A DNA stretch of 63,681 nt, filler included, from Sphingomonadaceae bacterium (lineage in GTDB: Bacteria; Chloroflexota; UBA6077), in NCBI GenBank assembly GCA_050261575.1. It is 3 parts of 3 records of this genome, joined end to end, with 100 filler letters (N's around TTAATTAATTAA, not from the genome) between each part and the next. Parts side by side here need not be neighbours in the genome. Positions count along the whole stretch, not along the records: positions 1 to 27,825 come from JBLNDL010000071.1; positions 27,926 to 54,195 come from JBLNDL010000072.1; 1 more part is not named here. One strand, written 5' to 3'. The notes below the pieces were generated by a model that saw nothing but the letters and a program-made list of their open reading frames with translations, was not told the origin of the DNA and did no database searches. A program made the translations under genes and the position numbers. Shown in pieces: positions 26,743-39,498 of this stretch; positions within the stretch are counted from its first letter, which is position 1; every line of letters starts with the position of its first letter.

Positions 26743-27699
26743 ATGAGCACCGACCGCGACTTCGAGATCCTAAAGGAGCTGTGTGAGAAGCACCGGAACT
26801 GGGGAAAGTGGGGGCCCGACGACCAGGCCGGCACCCTCAACTACATCACCCCTGAGAAGATCGTCCAGGCGGCCAGACTCGTCAGAAAGGGTCGGGTCTT
26901 CTCCCTGGCGATCCCCTTCGACGGCAACGGCCCCCAGACCGGAGGCCTCCGCAGGTTCAATCCCATGGCTTTCATGATGCGGGACGGCCGCGACACCATG
27001 TCTGGCACCGTGGCCGGAGCCCCTCAGTACTACGGCGGCGCGGACGACATGTTCATGATGCCGACGCACGGGTCCACCCACTGGGACGCGCTCGCCCACG
27101 TCTTCTGGGATGGCAAGATGTGGAACGGCTACGAGGCCAGCCTGGTCTCCAGCTTCGGGGCCCAGAAGAACGGCATCGAGAACTACAAGGACAAGATCGT
27201 GACTAGGGGCGTCCTGCTCGACATCGCGCGGGTCAAGGGCGTGGACTGGCTCGAGGCTGGCTACGCCATAACCGCCGACGACCTGGACCGTGCAGCCGCG
27301 GCCCACAAGATCGCGATCGGGCGTGGGGACATCGTGATCCTCCGAACGGGGCAGATGGCCGAGTGTCGGGCGAAGGGATCCTGGGGAAGCTATGCCGGAG
27401 GAGACGCACCCGGGGTGTCGCTCTGGACGGTGGACTGGATCCAGAGGCACGAGATCGCCGGCATCGCCTCCGACACCTGGGGGGTTGAGGTCCGGCCGAA
27501 CGAGATCAAGTGGGTGAACCAACCCTGGCACAAGGTGGTCATCCCCAACATTGGGCTGCTGATGGGCGAGATCTTCGACGTGGAAGCCCTTGCCGCCGAC
27601 TGCTCGGAGGACGGGGTGTACGAGTTCCTCCTGGTAGCGCCCGTGCTGCCCCTCACTGGCTGCGTCGGGTCTCCTGTCAACCCCATCGCCATCAAGTAA
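26743..27699 (+). CDS. Cyclase-family metal-dependent hydrolase (kynurenine formamidase-like)
   Basis: NWGKWGPDDQ.GTLN, THGSTHWDALAH, RGVLLD, GDIV..RTG, GSPVNP.AI. Confidence 0.9.
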   Translation: MSTDRDFEILKELCEKHRNWGKWGPDDQAGTLNYITPEKIVQAARLVRKGRVFSLAIPFDGNGPQTGGLRRFNPMAFMMRDGRDTMSGTVAGAPQYYGGADDMFMMPTHGSTHWDALAHVFWDGKMWNGYEASLVSSFGAQKNGIENYKDKIVTRGVLLDIARVKGVDWLEAGYAITADDLDRAAAAHKIAIGRGDIVILRTGQMAECRAKGSWGSYAGGDAPGVSLWTVDWIQRHEIAGIASDTWGVEVRPNEIKWVNQPWHKVVIPNIGLLMGEIFDVEALAADCSEDGVYEFLLVAPVLPLTGCVGSPVNPIAIK

Positions 27700-27825
27700 C
27701 GTCTCAGCCCGGGATGCTCGACGTGGAGATGGGCATCCCGGGCGGGGGGGGGGGGGGGGGGGGGGCGCCCCCCCCCCCCCCCCCCCCCCCCCCACCCGCA
27801 GGTTGGGTTGGTTTTGCGATGAGGA

Positions 27826-27925
27826 NNNNNNNNNNNNNNNNNNNNNNNNNNNNNNNNNNNNNNNNNNNNTTAATTAATTAANNNNNNNNNNNNNNNNNNN
27901 NNNNNNNNNNNNNNNNNNNNNNNNN
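27826..27925. other. Artificial contig-joining spacer
   Basis: 100 nt of N flanking TTAATTAATTAA (stops in all frames). Confidence 0.97.
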
Positions 27926-28000
27926 CAACAATAATCCCCTTCCCCACCGTTAGGGAAAGAGGAGAGGAGAAGTGCGGCTATCCGAAGCCTGCGCGAGGTA

Positions 28001-28387
28001 CTACGTCCGGCGACCCTCCCGCAGCAGGTGGCCCAGGATCAGCAGCCGGGAACTCCGGTTGGCATACAGGAAGCTGAACTTGTTGATCAGATCGGCCACT
28101 CGCGGATCGGAGGAGAGCCTGTACGTCGGCACCCCATCCCCCTCGCCCCCACACAGCTCCACCACACCGCTATCCAGCAGATACGTCAGCTCCTCGGATA
28201 CCCTGTCCTCGGGCCATCCCAGCTCCCGAGCGATCTCCGCGGCCGACTGCTCCGCCTCCGGTGTCCGACGCAGAAACACCACCATCTCCAACCGAATGAA
28301 GCTGTTCACCACGACGGTGAAGAACTGGTGCAACTGCGGATCGACCGCGTCTATTGCAGCGCGCAACTCCTCGCCGAAGTTGATCAC
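28001..28387 (-). CDS. Small winged-helix protein
   Basis: NSF.RLE...FL....SA.EIA.ELG...V..EL..L...GVV...Y pattern. GTG 28387 with GGAGAGG RBS. Confidence 0.7.
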   Translation of the reverse strand: MINFGEELRAAIDAVDPQLHQFFTVVVNSFIRLEMVVFLRRTPEAEQSAAEIARELGWPEDRVSEELTYLLDSGVVELCGGEGDGVPTYRLSSDPRVADLINKFSFLYANRSSRLLILGHLLREGRRT

Positions 28388-28711
28388 CGAGTCTGTCCTC
28401 TCCAGAGCGGCCACGACTCTTCTAACTCGGCTGGCCTGGAGATACGCCGGCCGCCAGAGGAGCCCCAGCCCTACGGTCGCCGGCTCCATACTTGTCACGT
28501 TATGCCGGCGATATGCTGTGATTGCTTGGCGTTTGGCATTCTATCATAGGGTTGCGCCTCTATCAATTGCTCAACCGCCGTCACCCGCCCGTTGGCCACC
28601 GACCCCCGCGTCCATTAGAATGTAGGCGGCACCCGCGGCCGGCCCCGAAGTTGCAGGGGCCGCGGACGGATTGGAGATCGCCGCGAAACCCGAGCAACGG
28701 GAGACCAAGCC

Positions 28712-29824
28712 TTGAACGAAGCACGCTCCGCCTCCGATCTTCCCGAGCGCTCCATCGTCCGCCTACCCGAGCTGGTGCAGGCGCTGCCCGAGGATGCCCG
28801 CCAACTGTTTCACCGCCTGTTCCAGGTCAGCCGCTCCACCGGCCGGTTGATCCCGCCCGAGTCGATGCTCCAGTGGATACGTCGCTACTTCGGCTCCGTC
28901 GACGCGGTGGAGAGCCAGACCGTCGTCAAGATCACCAACCAGGTCACCCTGGAGTCGGCCCTCTTCAACCAACTCCGAGCCGCCCGCCCCATGGAGGCCA
29001 GAGCCTCTGGCGACCTGCTTCAGACGATCGAGGAGAGCGTCGGTGACCCCTTCTGTCGGCCGGAGGAGAGCACCCCCGCCGACGTCTTCGGCCGCATTCG
29101 GGGCCGCCACTCCATCACCGCCAGCAACGTCGCCAAGTACGACGCGTTCCACGGCCTGGTGATCTTCGACCACCACAACCCCCTGGAGATCTCCGAGGAC
29201 GGCGTGCGGGACTACCTGGAGGTCGGCCGCCGTTGGGCAGAGCAGGCTCTCCAGACGGACCCCGAGGCGAAGTACTTCTTCTTCATGTGGAACGCCCTCT
29301 GGAAGAGTGGGGCCTCCATCGTCCACGGCCACGCACAGGTTGCCTGCACCCACGACATGCACTACGCTCGGGTCGAGGCGCTGCGCCGCGCCACGCTGGG
29401 CTACCGTGAGGAGACGGGGCAGGACTACTTCGCGAGCCTCGCCCAGGTCCACCGTTCCCTGGGGCTGGCGTTGGAGCACGAGGGAGCCACGGTGATGGCT
29501 CACCTCACCCCCACCAAGGAGAAGGAGGTGCTCATCATCACATCCGGGCTGGGCGGCCCGCTCCCTGGCGCCCTCTACCGGGTGCTCGACTGCTTCATCG
29601 GCCTTCTCGGGGTCAGCAGCTTCAACCTGGCCATCTACATGCCCCCCCTTGCGGCGACGCCCGAGGACTGGTCCGGCTTCCCCCATCTCACCCGCATAGT
29701 GGATCGGGGCGACCCCATGAGCCGCACCAACGACGTGGGCGCCATGGAGCTGTACGCCAGCCCGGTCATCTCGAGCGATCCCTTCCGGGTCGCCGAGGCC
29801 CTCCGGGAACGGTTCGACAGGTAG
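28712..29824 (+). CDS. GalT/HIT-superfamily nucleotidyltransferase-like protein
   Basis: SGASIVHGHAQ (HxHxQ), DPFC, ASNVAKYD, SFNL. Confidence 0.75.
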   Translation: MNEARSASDLPERSIVRLPELVQALPEDARQLFHRLFQVSRSTGRLIPPESMLQWIRRYFGSVDAVESQTVVKITNQVTLESALFNQLRAARPMEARASGDLLQTIEESVGDPFCRPEESTPADVFGRIRGRHSITASNVAKYDAFHGLVIFDHHNPLEISEDGVRDYLEVGRRWAEQALQTDPEAKYFFFMWNALWKSGASIVHGHAQVACTHDMHYARVEALRRATLGYREETGQDYFASLAQVHRSLGLALEHEGATVMAHLTPTKEKEVLIITSGLGGPLPGALYRVLDCFIGLLGVSSFNLAIYMPPLAATPEDWSGFPHLTRIVDRGDPMSRTNDVGAMELYASPVISSDPFRVAEALRERFDR

Positions 29825-29882
29825 GGTCCTCCGGCCGAGCCCGCGAGGCTGCGCTCGCTCGCCTCGCGGGCTCGGCCCCTAC
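29821..29882. repeat. GTAG-type REP-like hairpin
   Basis: GTAGGG...CCCTAC ends with a 17-bp perfect internal stem GGCCGAGCCCGCGAGGC/GCCTCGCGGGCTCGGCC. Confidence 0.65.
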
Positions 29883-30039
29883 CGATGGGTCGGCGATGCC
29901 GATGTGCATCGTGCATCTTTCGGGTACACGTACCTCGTGGGGCGGGGTGGCGGCTCGCGGCGTGGTACGCGCAGGCCAAAGCCCGCGGCCGCAGACGCAG
30001 GGTACGGCCGCCGCGTCGCCCCGGCCCCGCGTCCCCCGG

Positions 30040-31287
30040 TCACGCGGCCGCCGACAACGCCGGTGCCTCCGCCTTCGGCTCCCCCACCCCCTCACACCAT
30101 CGGCTCGCCACCCGACCCAGCCGCCGGACCCCCTCCTCGATCTGGGCCGGCGCCGCGCACGAGAAGTTCAGCCTCAGGCTACTGGTGGGCCGACCGTGGG
30201 GATCGAAGGCAAACCCCGGCACGTAGGCCACCTTCTCCCTCACCGCCTCCGCCAGCATCGTCCCCGTGTCCACCCCATCGGGCAGATTAACCCAAAGGAA
30301 GAGCCCCCCCTGCGGGCGCGACCATCCGGAGCCCGGCGGCAGTTCCCTCGCCAGAGCCCGCAGCATCGCGTCCCGACGGCGGCGATACACCTGCCTCACC
30401 CTGCTCACGTGCCGATCCAGTAGGTCCATCCGGCACACCTCGTGGGTCGCCCGCTGGACCAGGTAGCTGGTGTGAAGATCCGCCGCCTGCTTCCCCCTCA
30501 CCAACTGTCCGATCACATCTCGCGACGCCGCCACCCACCCCAACCGCAGCCCAGGCACCAGGATCTTGGAGAATGTGCCCAGGTAGATCACGTGACCCTC
30601 ACGATCCATCGACTTCAAGGATGGCAGGCGCTTCCCCTCGTAGCGCAACTCACCGTACGGATCGTCCTCCACTATCGGGATTCCGTATCGGTATGAGATC
30701 TCCAGCAGCCGCTGCCGGCGGGGCAGGCTGAGGGTGACACCGGCCGGGTTGTGGAAGGTGGGCAGGACGTAGATCAGCTTCGGCTGCACCTTCCCCTCAG
30801 CCAGCAACTCCCCCAGCAGATCCACCTGCATCCCCTCCTCATCCGTGGGGATCGCGAGAAGACGGGCCTGGAAGCCGAGGAAGGCCTCCAGCCCTCCCAC
30901 GTAGGACGGCCTCTCTACCACCACAGTGGAGCCGGGGTCCACGAAGAGCCGCGCCAGCAGGTCCAGCCCCTGCTGCGATCCGTTGGTGATGAGCAGCTCC
31001 TCGGGACCGACCCCGATCCCGAGACCGCCCATCCGCTCGGCCAGGAACGCCCGCAACGGAAGGTAGCCCTCCACCGGCCCGTACTGGAGCGCCGTCCTGG
31101 CCTCGGAAGCCAGCACCGAGGCGAAAGCCTCCTGGAATGCCTCCACGGGAAAGAGTTCCGCGGCAGGGTAGCCACCCGCCAGAGAGATCAGATCGGGCAT
31201 TGCGCCGAAGCTCAGCAGGTCCCGGAGCGGCGAGGCTCGGGGAACCCTGAAGCGCTCGGCGTACAGTCCTTGCCAGTCAAGAGCCAT
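30040..31287 (-). CDS. Class I/II PLP aminotransferase (LysN/MocR-like, no HTH)
   Basis: ISLAGGYP, LQYG, GSQQ.LDL, HNP.G, EDDPY, GTFSK...PGLRLGW. Confidence 0.92.
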   Translation of the reverse strand: MALDWQGLYAERFRVPRASPLRDLLSFGAMPDLISLAGGYPAAELFPVEAFQEAFASVLASEARTALQYGPVEGYLPLRAFLAERMGGLGIGVGPEELLITNGSQQGLDLLARLFVDPGSTVVVERPSYVGGLEAFLGFQARLLAIPTDEEGMQVDLLGELLAEGKVQPKLIYVLPTFHNPAGVTLSLPRRQRLLEISYRYGIPIVEDDPYGELRYEGKRLPSLKSMDREGHVIYLGTFSKILVPGLRLGWVAASRDVIGQLVRGKQAADLHTSYLVQRATHEVCRMDLLDRHVSRVRQVYRRRRDAMLRALARELPPGSGWSRPQGGLFLWVNLPDGVDTGTMLAEAVREKVAYVPGFAFDPHGRPTSSLRLNFSCAAPAQIEEGVRRLGRVASRWCEGVGEPKAEAPALSAAA

Positions 31288-31454
31288 GTCAGTTCCTCAC
31301 CATCTCAGGTGATAAGTTACCTGCAGCCCCGGCCTGCCGACCGCGCGTACCCCGAAGGGTGCGGCCACTTCGGCCGATCCGCGATGGCTGCAAATGCAAG
31401 AAGCCGGAAGGGCTCGCCACCCTTCCGGCTTCCTCGAGAGCAGACTCCGGCAGA

Positions 31455-33974
<2,520 letters not shown>

Positions 33975-34220
33975 CAGTACCGGTACCTCTTCCCGGCCCA
34001 GGCATCCGGCCCGGGCTTGGAGGGTCTCCCTAGAAGCAATAGAAAGCCTCCCGCGGGAGACTGCATACCCTAATTCTACCCCACGCGGCCCGATTCCGAA
34101 ACAGCAGCCGACCCCTGCTCCGGGCATCGCGCCGCTTGATCACTTCGACATCGACTACTACTGCATGGAAAGCAAGCTCAGTCGCAGAGATCGCCAATCC
34201 ACAGGGCGCAACGGCCGCCA

Positions 34221-34468
34221 CCCACAGATCGACGCAGATTGACACAGATGAACAGTCTGAGGAGAAGAGGCAAAGGGATCGACGTAGCTACGCTGTTCTC
34301 GGCGCAGCCATAGAGGTGCATCGCCAACTGGGGAACGGCTTCCTCGAGGCGGTGCACCAGGAAGCCCTGGTAGTGGGGTTGGCCCGGTGCGGCATACCCA
34401 CGCTACGAGAAGTTACGAACCCGGTGTACTACTTAGTACACACACCCGTATGCGGCAATCTGCGTCAT
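34221..34468 (+). pseudogene. Truncated GxxExxY protein remnant flanked by CACAGAT/ATCTGCG decamer repeats
   Basis: YAVLGAAIEVHRQLGNGFLEAVHQEAL...REV..PVYY then loss of similarity; no in-frame ATG; nuclease core absent. Confidence 0.75.
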
Positions 34469-34493
34469 CCATGGATCGGCTCGACGTCCGCTG

Positions 34494-35441
34494 TCAGAAC
34501 GTCTCGTAGATGCTCCCAACGGAGGTGCCGGTGTGGATCCGGCGGATCGCCTCCCCCAGCAGCGGCGCCACCGAAAGCTGCGTGATCTTCGGGATCCGCT
34601 TCTGCGGGTCCAGCCGGATGGTGTCGGTGAGCACCATCTCCTTCAGGGCGCTGCGCTCGATCCGCTCCACCGCGGGGCCAGACAGCACCGCGTGCACCGC
34701 CGTGGCATAGATCTCCTCCACCCCTGCGGCCTGCAGCGCCTCCACCGCGCCCATCATCGAGCTGGCGCGGTCAACCTCGTCGTCCACTATCAGCGCCGTG
34801 CGACCGCGCACCTCGCCGATCACGTTGTGGGACTCGACCACGCCGGCGTTCCCAACTCGCCGCTTCTCGATGATCGCCAGCGGCGCGTCCATAGCCTCCG
34901 CGAAGTTCCGGGCCTTCTTGGCGAAGCCGATGTCGCAGGAAACCACCACCAGGTTCCTCAGCCTGCGATGCTGAAAGTGCCGGCGCAAGATGTGGGCGGC
35001 CGTCAGCTCGTCCACCGGAATGCTGAAGAAGCCCTGCACCTGCCCCGCGTGAAGATCCATGGTCAGCACACGGTTGGCGCCGGCCACGGTGATCATGTCG
35101 GCCAGCAGCCTCGCAGTGATGGGCACCCTCGGCTGGTCCTTCTTGTCGGTACGGGCGTAGGCGAAATAGGGGATGACTGCGGTGATCCGCCCGGCGGATG
35201 CCCTCTTCAGGGCATCCAGCATGATCAGCAGCTCCATGACACTTCTGCTCACCGGCGAGCAGAAGGGCTGGATCACGAAGACGTCGTGCTCGCGAACGAC
35301 CTGATTGATCTTGACGAAGATGTTCTCGTTGCTGAATTCGAAGACGTCGGCTTTGCCCAGGGGCAGCTCCAGAAACCTGCAGACCGCTTCCGCGAGTGCC
35401 GGATGGGCATTTCCGGTGAATATGCTGAGGTCGCGATACAA
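34494..35441 (-). CDS. prs: Ribose-phosphate pyrophosphokinase
   Basis: F.N.N..V, RASA.RITAVIPYF.YAR.DKK, DLHA.Q.QGFF, IEKRR. TTG start at 35441 likely. Confidence 0.93.
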   Translation of the reverse strand: MYRDLSIFTGNAHPALAEAVCRFLELPLGKADVFEFSNENIFVKINQVVREHDVFVIQPFCSPVSRSVMELLIMLDALKRASAGRITAVIPYFAYARTDKKDQPRVPITARLLADMITVAGANRVLTMDLHAGQVQGFFSIPVDELTAAHILRRHFQHRRLRNLVVVSCDIGFAKKARNFAEAMDAPLAIIEKRRVGNAGVVESHNVIGEVRGRTALIVDDEVDRASSMMGAVEALQAAGVEEIYATAVHAVLSGPAVERIERSALKEMVLTDTIRLDPQKRIPKITQLSVAPLLGEAIRRIHTGTSVGSIYETF

Positions 35442-35586
35442 CCTACGTCCCCCCCAGTTCACAGGGCTCACGCTATGGAGTCAGTGCAGCCACAGGTGGA
35501 AAAGAAGAAGTGCTGAAACGCATGGGGCCAACTCAGGAATAGTACCACATCCTCCGCCCAGCCGCCAAACTGGATGCCGCCACCCA

Positions 35587-36621
35587 CTACAGCCGGTGCA
35601 GCGCCCGAACCGCGGCCACGACCGGCTCAACCGCCTCCCTTCCCAGGGGCGACGGCGGGGGACCGTGGGGATCCTCCACCTCCCCCGGTGCGCCGCAGAG
35701 CACCCTCACGGTCGCCTCCACGGCGCAGCCCAGCGCCGCGAGGTCGTAGCCACCCTCCAGGGTGTACACCACCCTGCCCCCGCACAGCTCGCCCCCCAAG
35801 TCCTGAAGCTGCTCGGCCATCCGCCGGAACCCCGGCACGGTGACTCGCATCGCAGCCAAGGGGTCCCGCCAGTGGGGATCGTAGCCAGCCGAAACCAGCA
35901 GCAGGTCGGGGCGGTAGCGGCGGAGCAAGGGCGCGAGCACCGACTCCTGGACGTAGAGGTACGCATCGTCCCCAGCGCCGGGGGAGATGGGAACGTTGGC
36001 CGTGTAACCCTTGCCCGGGCCGCGCCCTATCTCCGTGTACCGGCCGGTGCCGGGAAAGAGGGGCATCTGGTGAATGGAGAAGTAGAGGACCGAGGGGTCG
36101 TCGTAGAAGATGTCCTGGGTGCCGTTTCCGTGGTGGACGTCGAAATCCACGATGGCGATGCGTTCGGCCAGCTTCCGGTCCAGGAGGTGCCGCACGGCGA
36201 TCGCCGCGTTGTTGAAGAGGCAGAAGCCCATCCCGCGGTCGCGGGTTGCGTGGTGGCCCGGGGGGCGCACGGCTGCGAACGCGTTGTCCAGCCTCCCCGT
36301 GGCGACGGCCACCGCCGCCTCCACCGTGCCCCCGACGGCATGGAGCGCGGCATCGACGGAGCCGGGCGAGACCGCCGTGTCCGGATCCAGCCATCCACCC
36401 CCGCCCTCCGCCTCCCGCAACACCTGTCTCACCAGGTCGGGCGAGTGGACCCGCTCCACCAGGTCCAGGCTGGCGGCTGGGGCCTCCAGGTAGGAGAGAT
36501 GCGGCAGGTAGCTGAGGGAGCGGAGCCGGTCCATGATGGCCTCCAGCCGCCGCGCCGATTCGGGGTGGTCGCCGGTGTCGTGTCGCAGGCACGCGTCGCT
36601 GTAGAAGAGGCCGGTGCTCAC
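35587..36621 (-). CDS. Histone deacetylase-family Zn-dependent amidohydrolase
   Basis: HPE..RL, RPPGHHA, GFCLFNN, DFDVHHGNGTQ, SAGYD, LEGGY. Confidence 0.95.
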   Translation of the reverse strand: MSTGLFYSDACLRHDTGDHPESARRLEAIMDRLRSLSYLPHLSYLEAPAASLDLVERVHSPDLVRQVLREAEGGGGWLDPDTAVSPGSVDAALHAVGGTVEAAVAVATGRLDNAFAAVRPPGHHATRDRGMGFCLFNNAAIAVRHLLDRKLAERIAIVDFDVHHGNGTQDIFYDDPSVLYFSIHQMPLFPGTGRYTEIGRGPGKGYTANVPISPGAGDDAYLYVQESVLAPLLRRYRPDLLLVSAGYDPHWRDPLAAMRVTVPGFRRMAEQLQDLGGELCGGRVVYTLEGGYDLAALGCAVEATVRVLCGAPGEVEDPHGPPPSPLGREAVEPVVAAVRALHRL

Positions 36622-36833
36622 GGCAACCTCCAAATGGCGAAGGGCCCCGCTTTCACGGGGCCCCATTGCCGCCACCCTTACGATGATCCTGCCGGTACTC
36701 CAGCAATCCGGCTCTGATAACGCGGAGCGGCCGCAGTTGCGCGCTCGCCCGCGCTATGGCTGCGGCCCGTCCCGGCGGGAGGAACGGCGCCATCGACGGT
36801 CGGGGTTGGGACAACCCCGACTCTTCGGAACAG

Positions 36834-38699
36834 TCAGTTCGCCGCCTCGGCCGCCAGCTCCGGCGCGCCCTCCCGGCCGTCCTGCGATTCCCGCAGCAGC
36901 GCCTCGAACCGCTCGGCCTCGATCGTCTCCTCGCGCACGAGCGCCAGCGCCACGGCGTCCAACTGAGTTCGGTGCTCCTCCAAGATCGTCCTGGCCTTGG
37001 TGTAGGCTTTGTCGATCAGGTTGTGCACCTCCTCGTCGATGATCTCGGCGATCTTCTCGGAGTAGTTCTTCTGCTCGCCGATCTCTCGACCCAGGAAGAT
37101 GAGCTCGTCCTTGTGGCCCAGCGCCACGGGGCCCAACCTCTCGCTCATGCCGAACTCGGTCACCATCCGCCGCGCGATGCTGGTGGCCCGCTCGATGTCG
37201 TTCTCCGCGCCGGTCGTCATCTCGCCGTAGACCAACTTCTCCGCCGCGTGGCCACCCAGAGCCCAGGCCAGGGTATCCTGGAACTGGGACCGAGTCCACA
37301 GGTAGCGGTCTTCCTTCGGCAGCACGCGGGTGTATCCACCCATCGTACCCCGAGCGATGATGGAGATCTTGTGCACCGGATCGGCGTTCTCCAGGTACCT
37401 GGCTACCAGGGCGTGGCCAGCCTCGTGGTAGGCGGTGATCTCCTTCTCCTTCTCGCTGATGATCCGGCTCTTCCGCTCGGGCCCGGCGATGACCCGATCC
37501 ACTGCCTCCTCGAACTCCTGGAGTTCGATCAGCTTCTTGTTGCGCCTGGCCGCCAGGATGGCAGCCTCGTTCACGAGGTTGGCCAGGTCGGCACCGGAGA
37601 AGCCGGGGGTCTGCTTGGCCAGCACGTCCAGGCTCACCGACTTGTCCATCGGCTTGCCCTTGGTGTGCACCTCCAGGATCGCCCGCCGTCCGGAGATGTC
37701 CGGCCGGTCCAGCACCACCTGCCGGTCGAAGCGGCCCGGCCGCAGCAGCGCCGGATCGAGCACGTCCGGCCGGTTGGTGGCCGCTATCACGATCACGTTC
37801 GTGTTGGTGTCGAAGCCATCCATCTCCACCAGGATCTGGTTGAGGGTCTGCTCACGCTCGTCGTGGCTTCCACCCAGCCCCGCGCCTCGCTGCCGTCCAA
37901 CGGCGTCGATCTCGTCCACGAAGACGATGCAGGGGGCGTTCCGCTTGGCCTGGTCGAACAGGTCGCGCACTCTGGAGGCCCCGACTCCCACGAACATCTC
38001 CACGAACTCGGAGCCGCTGATGCTGAAGAAGGGCACGCCGGCCTCGCCGGCCACAGCCCTGGAAAGCAGCGTCTTGCCGGTGCCAGGGGGACCCACCAGC
38101 AGCACACCCTTCGGGATCCGGGCTCCCAGAGCGGCGAACTTCTCCGGATACTTCAGGAACTCCACCACCTCGGCGAGCTCCTGCTTGGCCTCTTCCACTC
38201 CGGCCACGTCGCTGAAGGTGATGGTGGGCTTGTTGCCGACGAACATGCGGGCCCGGCTCTTACCGAAGGAAAGAGCCTGGTTGTTGCTCCCCTGCGCCTG
38301 GCGCATCATGAAGAGCAGGATAGCCCCGAAGAAGATCAGTGGCAGGAAGTTCGCCAGCAGCCCCAGCATGTTGCCCATCTGGGGCGGATCCTTGATCTCG
38401 ATCCTCACCGACTGGAGCTGCTGCGTAGAGACCCCCCCGTCCCGCAGGATCTGGTAGACGTCGGCGGTGCGCTCCTTGCGGGATACCGCCTTGGGACGGT
38501 CGGTGAACTCCACCGTCAGCTTGTCCTCGGTGACGGTGATCTGGCGAACCTTGCCCTGCTCGACCCCCGCGACCACATCGCTTATGGCGATGGAGCCGGG
38601 CTCCCGATCCTGGGATGGAAACATGGTGACGAACAGGGCTATCACAGCCACGAGGATGATCAGATATACGAAGCTGTTACGCAACCACTTAGTATCCAC
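36834..38699 (-). CDS. ftsH: ATP-dependent zinc metalloprotease FtsH
   Basis: Two [35 protein letters not shown]. Confidence 0.98.
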   Translation of the reverse strand: MDTKWLRNSFVYLIILVAVIALFVTMFPSQDREPGSIAISDVVAGVEQGKVRQITVTEDKLTVEFTDRPKAVSRKERTADVYQILRDGGVSTQQLQSVRIEIKDPPQMGNMLGLLANFLPLIFFGAILLFMMRQAQGSNNQALSFGKSRARMFVGNKPTITFSDVAGVEEAKQELAEVVEFLKYPEKFAALGARIPKGVLLVGPPGTGKTLLSRAVAGEAGVPFFSISGSEFVEMFVGVGASRVRDLFDQAKRNAPCIVFVDEIDAVGRQRGAGLGGSHDEREQTLNQILVEMDGFDTNTNVIVIAATNRPDVLDPALLRPGRFDRQVVLDRPDISGRRAILEVHTKGKPMDKSVSLDVLAKQTPGFSGADLANLVNEAAILAARRNKKLIELQEFEEAVDRVIAGPERKSRIISEKEKEITAYHEAGHALVARYLENADPVHKISIIARGTMGGYTRVLPKEDRYLWTRSQFQDTLAWALGGHAAEKLVYGEMTTGAENDIERATSIARRMVTEFGMSERLGPVALGHKDELIFLGREIGEQKNYSEKIAEIIDEEVHNLIDKAYTKARTILEEHRTQLDAVALALVREETIEAERFEALLRESQDGREGAPELAAEAAN

Positions 38700-38841
38700 G
38701 CAGCCCCTCCGGCCCGGTTAACAGATATACCTGGCAAAGCCTCCAGCAGAGCCGGAGTCGGTCCCGACTGTCTTCCACGACCGTGGCAGTCGTGTGAGTA
38801 GAATCCACGATTCCTCACCGATTATACCATAGCCGGAAACC

Positions 38842-39375
38842 TTAGCCCCTATCCTCCCCCAGCACACCGATGTAGGGCAGGTTTCGGTACAACTCCGCGT
38901 AGTCCAGCCCGTAGCCAACCACGAACTCGTCAGGGATCTCGAAGCCAACGTAGTCAGCTTTGATCCCTTCGGGCCTCGACTTCTCCTTCACCAGCAGCGC
39001 GCACACCTTCACGCTCGCCGGATTCCGCATCGCCAGGTTGTCCAGGATGTATCGGAGGGTGAGGCCAGTGTCGATGATGTCCTCCACCACCAGGATGTCG
39101 CGGCCGTCCACGGCCGCGTCCAGGTCCTTGAGGATCCGCACCACACCGCTGCTCTGCGTACTGGCGCCGTAGCTCGATACGGCCATGAAGTCCATCTGGA
39201 GCGGAAGATCTATGGCTCTGGCCAGGTCAACCAGGAACACCACGGCTCCCTTCAACACCCCCAGCAGCAGGAGGTTTCTCCCGGCGTACTCCTCCCTGAG
39301 CTGGCGCCCCAACTCACGCACCCGAGACTGAAGCTCTTCCTGGCTGATCAGCACCCGCGTCAGCTTGTTCCCCAT
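38842..39375 (-). CDS. hpt: Hypoxanthine phosphoribosyltransferase
   Basis: [26 protein letters not shown]. tilS-hpt-ftsH synteny. Confidence 0.97.
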   Translation of the reverse strand: MGNKLTRVLISQEELQSRVRELGRQLREEYAGRNLLLLGVLKGAVVFLVDLARAIDLPLQMDFMAVSSYGASTQSSGVVRILKDLDAAVDGRDILVVEDIIDTGLTLRYILDNLAMRNPASVKVCALLVKEKSRPEGIKADYVGFEIPDEFVVGYGLDYAELYRNLPYIGVLGEDRG

Positions 39376-39398
39376 CGAACCCCTTCCTCAGTTAAACA

Positions 39399-39498
39399 GT
39401 AGGGCGGGGCTTGTCCCCCGCCGCCGAAGGCGGGTCCTTCACCACCGCCGCCCTCGCGCACCGGCAAAACACCGGCAGGGCACAAGGCCCTGCCCTAC
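39399..39498. repeat. GTAG-type REP doublet
   Basis: GTAGGGCGGGGCTTGT...ACAAGGCCCTGCCCTAC; the end includes the tilS stop codon. Confidence 0.65.

Noticed and set aside
27741..27825. Long poly-G/poly-C inverted runs (apparent hairpin or G-quadruplex)
   Set aside because: Adjacent to the contig end; most likely a sequencing or assembly artefact.
27870..27881. TTAATTAATTAA within N runs (also 54240-54251)
   Set aside because: Synthetic all-frame stop linker; synteny across it is meaningless.
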